DNA of 63,441 nt, filler included, from Chiloscyllium plagiosum (taxonomy: Eukaryota), in NCBI RefSeq assembly GCF_004010195.1. It is 4 parts of 2 records of this genome, joined end to end, with 100 filler letters (N's around TTAATTAATTAA, not from the genome) between each part and the next. Parts side by side here need not be neighbours in the genome. Positions count along the whole stretch, not along the records: positions 1 to 28,476 come from NC_057716.1; 3 more parts are not named here. One strand, written 5' to 3'. Numbering within the stretch: position 1 is the first letter of the stretch; every line of letters starts with the position of its first letter. The notes below the pieces were generated by a model that saw only the letters and a list, made by a program, of their open reading frames with translations, had not been told where the DNA came from and did not search any database. Position numbers and translations under genes: made by a program. Of this stretch, positions 1 to 12,019 are shown piece by piece.

Positions 1-898
1 CAGATGACACCAAAATTGGAGGTGTAGTGGACAGCGAAGAGGGTTATCTCAGATTACAACAGGATCTGGACCAGATGGGCCAATGGGCTGAGAAGTGGCA
101 GATGGAGTTTAATTCAAATAAATGCGAGGTGATGCATTTTGGGAAAGCAAATCTTAGCAGGACTTATACACTTAATGGTAAGGTCCTATGGAGTGTTGCT
201 GAACAAAGAGACCTTAGAGTGCAGGTTCATAGCTCCTTGAAAGTTGAGTCGCAGGTAGATAGGATAGTGAAGAAGGTGTTTGGTATACTTTCCTTTATTG
301 GTCAGAGTACTGAGTACAGGAGTTGGGAGGTCATGTTGCGGTTGTACAGGACATTGGTTAGGCCACTGTTGGAATATTGCATGCAATTCTAGTCTCCTTC
401 CTATCGGAAAGATGTTGTGAAACTTGAAAGGATTCAGAAAAGATTTACAAGGATATTGCCAGGGTTGGAGGATTTGAGCTATAGGGAGAGACTGAACAGG
501 CAGGGGCTGTTTTCCTTGGAGCGTAGGAGGCTGCGGGGTGACCTTGTAGAGGTTTACATAATTACGAGGGGCATGGATAGGATAAATAGACAAAGTCTTT
601 TCCCTGGGGTCGGGGAGTCCAGAACTAGAGGGCATAGGCTTAGGGTGAGAGTGGAAAGATATAAAAGAGACCTAAGGGGCAACTTTCTGATGCAGAGGGT
701 GGTACATGTATGGAATGAGCTGTCAGAGGAAGTGGTGGAGGCTGGTACAATTGCAACATTTAAGAGGCATTTGGATGGGTGTATGAATAGGAAGGGTTTG
801 GAGGGATATGGGCCGGGTGCTGGCAGGTGGGACTAGATTGGGTTTGGATATCTGGTTTGCAGATATCTGGTCGGCATGGACAGGTTGGACCGAAGGGT
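1..898 (+). mobile_element. CR1 LINE 3' part (RT C-terminus and 3' UTR); its tail resumes at about 4821-4855
   Basis: ADDTK...WAEKWQMEFN..KCEV, LYRTLVRPLLEYC, TRGH, VVxVWNEL motifs; the 3' UTR gaccgaagggt|ctgtttcc is split by the next element. Confidence 0.9.
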
Positions 899-1954
899 AG
901 TGTCTCCCACCCATGCTCCTCCTCTAACCTAAAAAAAAAGTTGTGGAAGCCAGATTGACAAGGTAAGGTAACTAGTTTATTTCCTAATCCTTTTTTTAGT
1001 AGTCACTTTGGGAGTTAGAATAGTGGGAATGGAGTTTAGGGCAGTGGAATGTTCCTCCTGCAGAATGTGGGAAGGGTCACCACTAGTGTCCCTGCTGACT
1101 ACATCTGTGGAAAGTGCACCCAGCACCAGCTCCTCGAAAACCGCGTTAGGGAACTGGAGCTGGAGTTGGATGAACTTAGGATCAATCAGGAGGCAGAGGG
1201 GGTTATTGACAGGACTTAGAGAGGTAGTCACTCCCTAGATAAAAGAAAAAGACAGATGGGTGACAGTTAGGGGACAGAAAGGGAACCGGCAGGCAGTGCA
1301 GGGATCCCCTGTGGCCATTCCCCTCAACAATAAGTATACCGTTTTGGATACTGTTGGGGGGGGGGGGATGACTTACCAGGGGAAAGCAGTGGGGCACCTG
1401 CTGCTCAGAAGGGAAGGGGGAAGAGGAGCAGAGCAGTAGTCATTGGGGACTCGATAGTTAGGGGGAACAGATAGGAGGTTCTGTGGGGACGAGAGAGACT
1501 CACGGTTGGTGTGCTGCCTCCCGGGTCCGTGATGTCTCTGATCGTGTTTTTGGGATCCTTCGGGGGGAGGGAGAGCAGCCCCAAGTCATGATCCACATTG
1601 GCACCAATGACATAGGTCGGAAGAGAGATGGGGACTTGAGGCAGAAATTCAGGGAGCTAGGATGGAAGCTTAGAGCTAGGACAAACAGAGTTGTTTTCTC
1701 TGGTTTGCTGCCAATGCCATGTGCTAGTGAGGTGAGGAATAGGGAGAGAAAGGAGCTGAACATGGGGCTACAGGGATGGTGCAGGAGGGAGGGTTTCGGG
1801 TTTTTGGATAATTGGAGCTCTTTCTGGGGTAGGTGGGCCCTCTACAAGCAGGATGGTCTTCATCTAAACCAGAGGGGTACCAATATCCTGGGTGGGAAAT
1901 TCGCTAAAGCTATTAAGATGGATTTAAACTAATCCAGCAGGGGGATGGGAGTTT

Positions 1955-2087
1955 ATTCCTGATGAAGGGCTTTTGCCCGAAACGTCGATTTTGCTGAAGC
2001 TCCTCGATGCTGCCTGAACTGCTGTGCTCTTCCAGCACCATTGATCCAGAATCTGGTTTCCAGCATCTGCAGTCATTGTTTTTACCA
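1955..2087 (+). mobile_element. Short PLE 3'/pLTR fragment inserted between CR1 ORF1 and ORF2
   Basis: ctgatgaagggcttttgcccgaaacgtc...ccagcatctgcagtc; same family as the inserts at 26000 and 37230. Confidence 0.8.
1959..1987 (+). ncRNA. Minimal type I hammerhead ribozyme core (PLE-associated)
   Basis: CUGAUGA-A-GGGC(UUUU)GCCC-GAAAC-GUC; stem I weak. Confidence 0.65.
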
Positions 2088-4855
2088 AAATTGTAGGATA
2101 GGTACAGAAGAAGATGAGAGTAGGGAGTTCCAAAATCAAGTACCTGACACTGGCAAGCGAGAACTTGGTTTGAAGTGTGTGGACTTCAACGCGAGGAGCA
2201 TCCGAAATAAACTGGGTGTACTGGCAGCGTGGGTTGGTACGTGGGACTTCGATGTTGTGGCCATTACGGAGACATGGATAGAGCAGAGACAGGAATGGCT
2301 GTTGCAGGTTCCGGGATTCAGATGTTTCAGTAAGAACAGAGAAGATGGTAAAAGAGGGGGAAATGTGGCATTGTTGATCAGGGACAATATTACAGTTGTA
2401 GAAAGGATGTTTGGGGACTCGTTAACTGAGGTAGTATGGGCTGAGGTTAGAAACAGGAAAGGAGAAGTCACCATGCTGGGAGTTTTCTATAGGCATCCGA
2501 ATAGTCCCAGAGATGTAAAGGAATGGATAGCAAAGATGATTCTCGATAGGAGTGAGAAAGGCAGGGTAGTTGTCATGGGGGACTTCAACTATCCAAATGT
2601 TGACTGGGATCACTACAGTACGAGAACTATAGATGGGTCAGTTTTTGTCCAGTGTGTGAAGGAGGGCTTCCTGAAACAGTATGTAGACAGGCATACAAGG
2701 GGTGAAGCCACTTTAGATTTAGTACTGGGTAACGAGCCTGGCCAGGTGTTAAATTTGGAAGTAGGTGAGCACTTTGGAGGCAGCGATCACAATTCTGTCA
2801 GATTTACTTTAGTGATGGAAAGGGATAGGTGTACTCCACAGAACAAGAGTTACAGCTGGGGGAAGGGAAATTACGATGCAATTAGGAAAGATTTAGGAAG
2901 CGTAGAATGGGGAAGGAAACTGCAGGGGATGAGCACATTAAAAATGTGGAGCTTATTCAAGGAAAAACTCCTCTGTTTCCTAGATAAGTATGTACCTGTC
3001 AGGCAGGGAGGAAAATATCGAGCGTGTGAGCCGTGGTTTACTAAGGAAGTGGAATCCCTGGTCAAGAAGAAAAAGGCTTATGTTAGGACAAAATGTGAAA
3101 ACTCAGTTAGGGCGCTTGAGGGTTACAAGAAGGTCAGGAAAGACCTAAAAAGAGAGCTCAGAAGACCCAGGAGGGGACATGAGAAGTTGTTGGCGGATAG
3201 GATCAGGGTTAACCCTAAGGCTTTTCATAGGTATGTCAGGAATAAAAGAATGACGAGAGTTAAATTAGAGCCAATCAAGGATAATAGTGGGAAGTTGTGT
3301 GTGGAGTCAGAGGAGATAGGGGAAGCACTAAATAAATATCTTTCGACAGTGTTCACTATAGAAAATGAAAATGTTGGCGAGGAAGATACAGAGGTTGCAT
3401 CTAGACTAGAAGAGATTGAGGTTCACAAGGAAGAGGTATTAGAAATACTGCAGAGTGTGAAAATAGACAAGTCCCCTGGGCTGGATGGGATCTATCCTAG
3501 GATCCTCTGGGAAGCAAGGGAAGAGATTGCCGAGCCTTTGGCATTGATCTTCAAATCATTATCTACAGGTATAGTGCCTGAGGACTGGAGGATAACAAAT
3601 ATGGTTCCCTTGTTCAAAAAGGATAGTAGAGACAACCCTGGTAATTACAGACCAGTGAGTCTCACTTCAGTTGTTGGCAAAGTGTTGGAAAAGGTTATAA
3701 GAGATAGGATTTATAACCATCTAGAAAAGAATAATCTGATCGGGACAGTCAGCACGGTTTTGTGAAGGGTAGGTCGTGCCTAACGAATCTTATTGAGTTT
3801 TTTGACAAAGTGACCAAACAGGTAGATGAGAGTAAACCGGTTGATGTGGTGTATATGGATTTCAGCAAGGCGTTCAATAAGATTCCCCACGGTAGGCTAT
3901 TATACAAAATGCAGAGAAATGAGATTGTGGGAGACATAGCAGTTTGGATCAGTAATTGGCTTGCTGAAACAAAACAGAGGGTTGTAGTTGATGGAACATG
4001 TTCATCTTAGTGTCCAGTTACTAGCAGCATACTGCAAGGGTCGGTGTTGGGTCCACTGCTGTTTGTCATTTTTATAAATGACCTGGATGAGGGCTTAGAA
4101 GGATTGGTTAGTAAATTTGCGGACGACACTAAGGTCGGTGGAGTTGTGGATAGTGATGAAGGATGTAGTAGGTTGCAGAGAGACATAGATAGGATGCAGA
4201 GCTGGGCTGAGAGGTGGCAAATGGAGTTAAATGTGGACAAGTGTGAGGTGATACACTTTGGACAGAGTAATTGGAATGCAAAGTACTGGGCTAATGGTAA
4301 GATTTTTGGGAGTGCAGATGAGCAGAGAGATCTCGGTGCCCATGTACACAGATCCATGAAAGTTGCCACCCAGACTGACAGGGTTGTTAAGAAGGCATAC
4401 AGTGTTTTGGCCTTTATTAATAGAGGGATTGAGTTCCGGAATCAGGAGGCTGTACAAAGCTCTGGTATGGCCATACTTGTTTTTATACAGTTCTGGTCAC
4501 CGCATTATAAGGAGGATGTGGAAGCTTTGGAAAGGGTTCAGAGGAGATTTACTAGGATGTTGCCTGGTATGGAAGGAATGTCTTACGAGGAAAGGCTGAG
4601 GGCCTTGAGGCTGTTCTCGTTAGAGAGAAGGTTGAAAGGTGACTTAATAGAGACATACAAGATAATCAGAGCATCAAGTTTAAGTGCATTTAAGTCGTCA
4701 TTGGACAGGCAAATGGACGTACATGGATTAGGTGGGATGGGCTTCAGATTAGTATGACAGGGCGGCACAACATCGAGGGCCAAAGGGCCTGTACTGCGCT
4801 GTAATGTTCTATGTTCTATGTCTGTTTCCATGCTGTACATCTCTATGACTCTATC

Positions 4856-6480
4856 TAGATTTTTCCAAAATCTGCCGGCCTATCAGTTTTTCAATCTCTC
4901 TACTGCTATTAGGGGGGTCTGTAGAAAACCCCCAATGTGGTGGCAGTTCCCTTGCTGTTGCTAACTTCCCCCCATACTGACTCAGTAGACAAACCTTCCT
5001 CAACAACTTCGTTTCTGTAGCTGTGATACATTCTCTGATCAGCAATGCTACACCCCCTCCTCTTTATCCACCTCACCTGTTCTTTTTAAATGTTCAAAAC
5101 CCTGGAACATCAAGCAACCATTCCTGCCCCTGTGAAACCCACGTCTCCGTTATGGCCACAACATCATAGCCCCAAGTACTGATCCATGCTCTTAAGTTCA
5201 TCACTCTTATTTCAGACATTCATTGCGTTAAAGCAGACACACTTTAACCGAACCCTTTGTTTAATAACGTAAGAAATCTTCCCAATACATTCACTACATC
5301 CTGTCACTGCCCCATCTGTAACTGTACCCCTCTCAGATATGTAGCTCTGATTCCCACCCCCTTGCCAAACTAGTTTAAACCTTCCTGAACCACACGACCA
5401 AATTTCCCACCCAGCATATTTGTGCCCCTCCAGTTCAGGTGCAACCTGTCCTTCATGTACAGGTCCCATCTTCCCCAGAAGGTATCCCAATGGTCTAGGT
5501 ATCTGAAGCCCTCCCTCCTGCATCAGCCTCGCAGTCACGCGTTAAGCTGCATTTGCTGCCTGTTCCTCACCTCATTATCTCGTGGCACCGGTAGCAAACC
5601 TGAGATCACTACTCTGCTTGTCCTGCTCTTCAACTTCCAACCAAACTGTTTGTATTCACTTTTCAGATCCTCAATCCCTTTCCTGGTTATATCATTGGTG
5701 CCAATATGTACCACGATTTCTGGCTGCTCCCCCTCCTCCTTCAAAATCTTGTAAACCCGATCGGCAACATCCTGGACCCTGGTATCAGGGAGGCAACGTA
5801 CCTTCTGGGAGTACTGTTCCTGACCACAAAATCTCCTGTCAATCTATCTATTGAGTCCCCTACCACTAGCGCTTTTCTATTCTCCCTCCTTCCCTTCGGA
5901 GCCTCAGTGCCAGAGACCTGACAACTACGGCTTCCCCCGATAGGCCGTCCCCGCCAGCAGTATCCAAAATGGTATACTTATTGCTGAGGGGAACGGCCAC
6001 AGGGGATCCCTGCCCTTTCTGTTAGCTCCCTTTCCTCCCCCTGACTGTAACCCAGCTGTCCTTATCCGGTGTCTGGGGAGTGACCACCTCCCTGTACACC
6101 CTCGCAATTTCTCCCGCAGCCTCCGGATAATCCATAGTTCATCCAGCTCCTGTTCCCTAACTCAGTTTTCAAGGTGCTGGGAGTTGGGTGCATTTCCTGC
6201 AGATGTGGTCAGCAGAGACACGTGCACTGTCTCTCACTTGCCACCTTCTGCAGGAGGAACATGCGACTGCCCTATCAATCAGTCATACCTCGCTAATCTG
6301 AAAGCCTGCACAGGACTAAACAAAGGAAGAGAAGAAAATAAAAAGAGAAAACCTGAAAACCTACTGCGTTTACAGATTCTTACTAAAAGGTTAGAGGAAG
6401 TGGGTGGGAGGGAGGCCCCACGGTGTAGGGTCTCGGTTTAGATCTCACCCACTTAAAAATTTCCCAGTAGCCCTCGTTTC
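4856..6480 (-). mobile_element. CR1 LINE 5' half (5' UTR, ORF1 esterase, start of APE)
   Basis: VVHIGTND..VVISGLLPVP; LKCVCFNA on minus strand. Confidence 0.85.
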
Positions 6481-6504
6481 TCTCCACCCTCTCACCTCAC
6501 CTCA

Positions 6505-6770
6505 GTTATTGTTCTGAGGACCCAGATTCAAATCCTGCCATGACAGATAAAGAAATTTTAATTCATTAAACATCTGGAATTAAGAAACTACAGATGACCA
6601 TGAAACCATTGTTGGTTATCAGAAAAACCCATCTGGTTCACTAATCTCCTTCAGGGAAGGAACTCTGCCCACCTCACCTGGTCTGGTCTACATGTGACTC
6701 CAGATGTGGTTGTTTCTCAACCGAAGTCTGGAATGGCCGAGGAAGCTGCTCATTCGTACCAATCACTATG
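6505..6770 (+). mobile_element. Old tRNA-derived SINE fragment (family distinct from HE1)
   Basis: B-box-like gattcaaatcc, then aaaacccatctggttcactaat...ctacatgtgactccaga; related pieces at about 32120-32275 (-) and 39135-39210 (+). Confidence 0.5.
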
Positions 6771-6779
6771 ACGTCCCAG

Positions 6780-7490
6780 CACCGATCTGTGTAGTACATT
6801 GTTCAACAAAGGCTTCCAAATACAAAAAAAAAACCTCCACCATCACCCTTTGCCTCTTATTTGTAAGTCAACTTTAGATCCAATTTGCCAACTTACCTTG
6901 GATCGCATGGGCTCTTACCATGTGGGACCTTGTCAAAGACCTTACTGAAGTTCATGTGAACCACAACAACTGCACTACCCATGTCAATACATTGTCACAT
7001 TTTCAAAACACTCTTATTAAATTTGCCAGACAGGATCTCCCTAGAACAAATCCATGTTGATTATCTCTTATCAATCCCTACCTTTCCAAGTATTGATTAA
7101 TTGTCTACCTGATAATTTCTTTCCCAACAATACAGATGTCAGACTATCTGAACTATAATTAACTTGCCTATCACTGCTGCCCTTCTTGGACAAACGAACC
7201 ACATTACCCATCCTCCAGTCATCTGGCACTTCACCTGTGGCCAAAGTATTAAATATCTCCACCAGAGCCACAGCAATCTCCTCCCTTGCCTCCCACTGCA
7301 GCCTGGGATACATTTTATCAGGCCCGGAGGAATTATAAACCGATACACCTGTTAAAACATCTAAAACCACTTCTGCCCAGCTACATCTCCTTTGTGAATT
7401 TGACCTCACCAACATCACTGGCTCCACGCACAGGTCACCTCCTTGTTCCATAACAGGCCCCTTTCTTACCCCGGCAATCCTCTTACTCTT
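6780..7490 (-). mobile_element. Decayed CR1 RT fragment
   Basis: GPDKMYPRLQWEAREEIA..VPDDWR. Confidence 0.8.
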
Positions 7491-7523
7491 GGATGTTGGG
7501 AGGATGTTTCCATTGGGAGGAAA

Positions 7524-7931
7524 TCTTTGAGGAGAAAGTGAGGTCTGCAGATGCTGGAGATCAGAGCTGGAAATGTGTTGCTGGAAAAGTGCAGCAGGTC
7601 AGGCAGCATCCAGGGAACAGGAGAATCGACGTTTCGGGCATAAGCCCTTCTTCAGGAATGAGAAAAGTTTGTCCAGCAGGCTAAGATAAAAGGTAGGGAG
7701 GAGGGACTTGGGGGAGGGGCGTCGGAAATGTGATAGGTGGAAAGAGGTCAAGGTGAGGGTGATAGGTCAGACTGGGGTGGGGGCGGAGAGGTCAGGAAGA
7801 AGATCTCAGGTTAGGAAGGCGGTGCTGAATTTGATGGATTTGACTGAGACAGGGTGGGGGGAGGGGAAATGAGGAAACTGGTGAAATCCGAGTTCATCCC
7901 TTGTGGTTGGAGGGTTCCTAGCCGGAAGATG
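7524..7931 (-). mobile_element. PLE 3' end with hammerhead core, inserted in a CR1 3' fragment (7490-8380)
   Basis: LIFRLGTLQPQGMN (end of GIY-YIG domain); reverse complement of ctgaagaagggcttatgcccgaaacgtc at about 7627-7655. Confidence 0.85.
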
Positions 7932-9748
7932 AGCCTGGGATACATTTTATCAGGCCCTGAGGAATTATAAACCGATACACCTGTTAAAACATCTAAAACC
8001 ACTTCTGCCCAGCTACATCTCCTTTGTGAATACAGATGAGAAATAGTCATTTGACTTCACCAACATCACTGGGAGGAAAGACTAGGACTCAAGAGCACAG
8101 CCTTAGTGTAAAAGGAAGACCTTTTAGATCGGAGATATGGAGAAACTTCTTCAGCCAGAGAGTGGTGAATCTATGGAATTCACTGCCAAAGGAGGCTGTG
8201 GAGGCCAGGTCATTGAGTATATTTAAGACAGAGATAGATAGGTTCTTGAATATCAAGGGGATCAAGAGTTATGGGGAGAAAGCAGAGAACGGGGTTGAGA
8301 AACTTATCAGCCATGATTGAATGGCAGAGCAGACTCAATGGGCTGAATGGTCTAATTTCTGCTCGTATGTCTTATGAACTTAAGTCTAATTGGGCCTTGC
8401 TCCTGACTTTACATCTATTCTGTGCCCCATATCTCTGCTAAATCAGTTTAAAACCTCCCCAACTGCACAAACAAACTTCCCAGAAAAGATATTAGACCCA
8501 TTCCAGTTCAGGAGCAGTCTATCCAGTTTGTACAGAACCCACTTATCCCAGAAACTGTCCCAATGATCCAAAAATCTAAAGGCCTCCCTCCTGCATCATC
8601 CTTTAACCAAGCATTCACCTGACCACTATCTTCTCGAACAATTAGGGACAGGCAATAAATTAGGTCTCGTATAATGGTGGAGGAGGAGAATGCCAAGTTC
8701 AGGCTCTTGAGCCCAGGATTCCTCTGCTCCTATTTCCATCTGCATTTCTTTTCCGTCATTTTCTTTCTGTGGCTTTTGTTGGCAGAGGGCAAGGGTGGAT
8801 CCAACATGGAACCGGGCATCGGCAGCTGATATGTCAGCAGGGGTGATGTCAGTGAGGTGGTTGAAAAGATGGTGCCTGAATAAGAGTCGATCTTGATGTT
8901 TTCATTCGAAAGCAGACGGTGGCAATGCAGTAGTAGGAGCAGCATTGATTGCGGTGAACAGATGGTGCCTGTGGAATGGTGACTCTGACATTGCCTGCAC
9001 TGCCACCTGCGTGGGACCCACCAATGTTGATAAGCCAGCTCAGGGACCATAATGGAGATGGTGGGATGAAGGTGAACTCTTTTTCAGCAATTTTTAAAAT
9101 TTTTAAAATTCTTCAGTTATTCAAAATGGAGCCGAATCGTGGCAACATTTGAAGCTTTTCACAATACTTTACTGTATTGTTGACTGTAAAATACGTCACA
9201 ATAAATCATTCATTCAAATGCTAGCTAGCTAACGAAGCCTACGTCCCACAAGTGAATAAAAATAAGTTAATGTTTTGAGTCCAATATGACTCTAGAAGTT
9301 GCTATCCTTACCTGGTAAACCCTATATATGATCTCCAAATTCATGGGTTACTGATATCAACTTTGTTGAAAATAAATTCTTAGGTATTAAAGGTATTAAG
9401 GGGTGTGGAGGGAAACAGTGAATATAACATTGTCCCAGTGGGTTAGCCATGATTATATAGTATGTCAGATCAGGCTGGAAGGACTCACTCCTTCAGTGTT
9501 GCTGGCCAAATCTTGGAACTTCCACTGTAACAGCATTGTGGATCTACCTACAGCACATGGATTACAGTGGCTCAAGAAAATAGCTCACCACTACCTTCTC
9601 AAGGGCAATTTGGAATAAATGTTGGCCCTACCAGCACCACTGTCCCATGAGTGAATTAAAGGAAAATCTGGGCTACATTTCATTTCTCTCAAGGGTCGAT
9701 GCGTTATGAACTGATGTGATCCAAAGGTAAATTTTATAAAAATGATTA

Positions 9749-10454
<706 letters not shown>

Positions 10455-11428
10455 TATATAGATTCATCTAAATATGAATTTGTCTGGAGGAAAAGGCATG
10501 GGGTCCAATAATGTTGGATCTGCAAGGAGCAAGGAGCTTCAATGGAGTCATGAAGCTTGGAAACCTTTGCAGAGGAGGTCAAGAAGCCCAGACTATGGGT
10601 GGAGTAAGATGATTGTATTTTTGAACTCAGAGAATTGGAGACCTGCCTGAGGAGCAACAGTCCAATGTGACTTTATAATTCTTCTCAGCAAAGTGCATGA
10701 GCTAAATGATTAGTTGGTATCTACCACCTCACCTCCAAAAAAGGGAACATAACCAGTCCAGGGAGACATCCCAGCGTCAACAGCTTGTGTTTGTAGAATA
10801 ATTTTGGATTTAGAGCGCCATTTTGGACAATCTGTGACATTTCTTTCTTCATGAGTTTATGTGTGTTCATGTTTCTTTTGTTATCAAGGAATTTTAAGTA
10901 TGCAAACTTTGTCAATAATTGTTGTATGTTTATTTGAGAGGGTCTGTAAACCAGTTATTTGTTGCTGTCTAAAGAAACTTAGCTGGTTTGTTCATACATT
11001 GAACCAGACACACACTAACATTATAGAATTGCCTATTTCACCAATCTGTTCAATTTAAATTTTGTTGTGATCAATGGAGGACTGGGACTGAAAAAAGAAT
11101 GTAGCACACACCTCCAACCTAAGACATAACAACCTACACCATTTCAACACAACGTCACAGCCCCCTCACTCACACCCCCCCAAATTCCCATTAACGTACA
11201 ACCACACCCCCTAGGTTGTTTCTAGATGATTTAGCACTTAATGCAGGTATAAAAACTATACATGCTCTTCACCAAATTTCTCCAGACTAACTGAGTCTTA
11301 GTTGCACTCCTTTGTAAAACATTGTTTCAGTTTATGACCATTTTTACTATACATTATTTACAAAATGTACTCATTTACACAAATATGTGCATTTTCTGGT
11401 TGAATTTCTTATTTCAAATAGAATCGCA

Positions 11429-11659
11429 TTATTTGGTAAAATACTCCTCAATCCGTCTCTTTTTAGGGGGACTCTCTGTATCATTAGATTGTTGCGAAAT
11501 TCCAGTGTCAGTGCAGAAGCTGCTTCCAGGATCGATGCCAGTGTCCCGGTGAGAATGAAGACAGACATCAGCAGCTTCAAGCAGAAGAGCTTCATCATCT
11601 ATATCTTCAGAATCAAATGCTGTTTGGAGAAAATCAACCATTTTCATCTGTCTTGGACC
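11429..11659 (-). CDS. SMARCAL1: SMARCAL1 terminal coding exon
   Basis: tttgtctatag|GGT CCA AGA CAG ATG...; GPRQMKMVDFLQTAFDSEDIDDEALLLEAADV...SPPKKRRIEEYFTK*; resembles human DPKQQKIYDLFQKSF...LLEAAE...SPQKKRR. Confidence 0.9.
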   Translation of the reverse strand, partial: GPRQMKMVDFLQTAFDSEDIDDEALLLEAADVCLHSHRDTGIDPGSSFCTDTGISQQSNDTESPPKKRRIEEYFTK

Positions 11660-12019
11660 CTATAGACAAATATAAACCAACTCAGATTCATCAAATAATA
11701 AAAATGGAAGTGACCAAAAGTCCAAAAGTCCAAATCCAAGTCAAAAAGCCTATATCTAAAGACCAAAACGAAGCCTCCATCTCCTCTCAAGATCCTGAAA
11801 GTCCCCTAGTCCTTGAAAAAATTTCCCACACAAGTCCAGGGCACACAAGCAGCTCAAAACTCTGGACTGTGTGGCATAGAAACACACAAACCAGGAACAA
11901 GAACTATGCCATAAAATTATAGTCATACAGCAGATGTTGTGAGGTTTCCTGCCTCAGCTACCTTTCCAGGGCAATCCACGTTCCCACCACTCTCTGTTTG
12001 AAAAAGGCTTTTAAAAAGC

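Larger units (their letters stand above)
899..4820 (+). mobile_element. Near full-length CR1 LINE (ORF1 Zn-finger/leucine zipper/SGNH esterase; ORF2 APE+RT), frameshifted
   Basis: CSSCRMW, GDS, HIGTND, DGLHLN in ORF1; FNARSI, TETW, GDFN, SDHN, NYRPVSLTS, FADDT in ORF2 (574-aa open stretch 2041-3765); gttctat tail at about 4806-4820. Confidence 0.92.

Noticed and set aside
2041..3765. 574-aa ORF as a host or domesticated gene
   Set aside because: CR1 ORF2; begins at a TTG inside a PLE insert and frameshifts before the RT core
10929..10934. Possible SMARCAL1 poly(A) signal (AATAAA on minus strand)
   Set aside because: Plausible, but a lone hexamer in AT-rich DNA cannot be supported without transcript data
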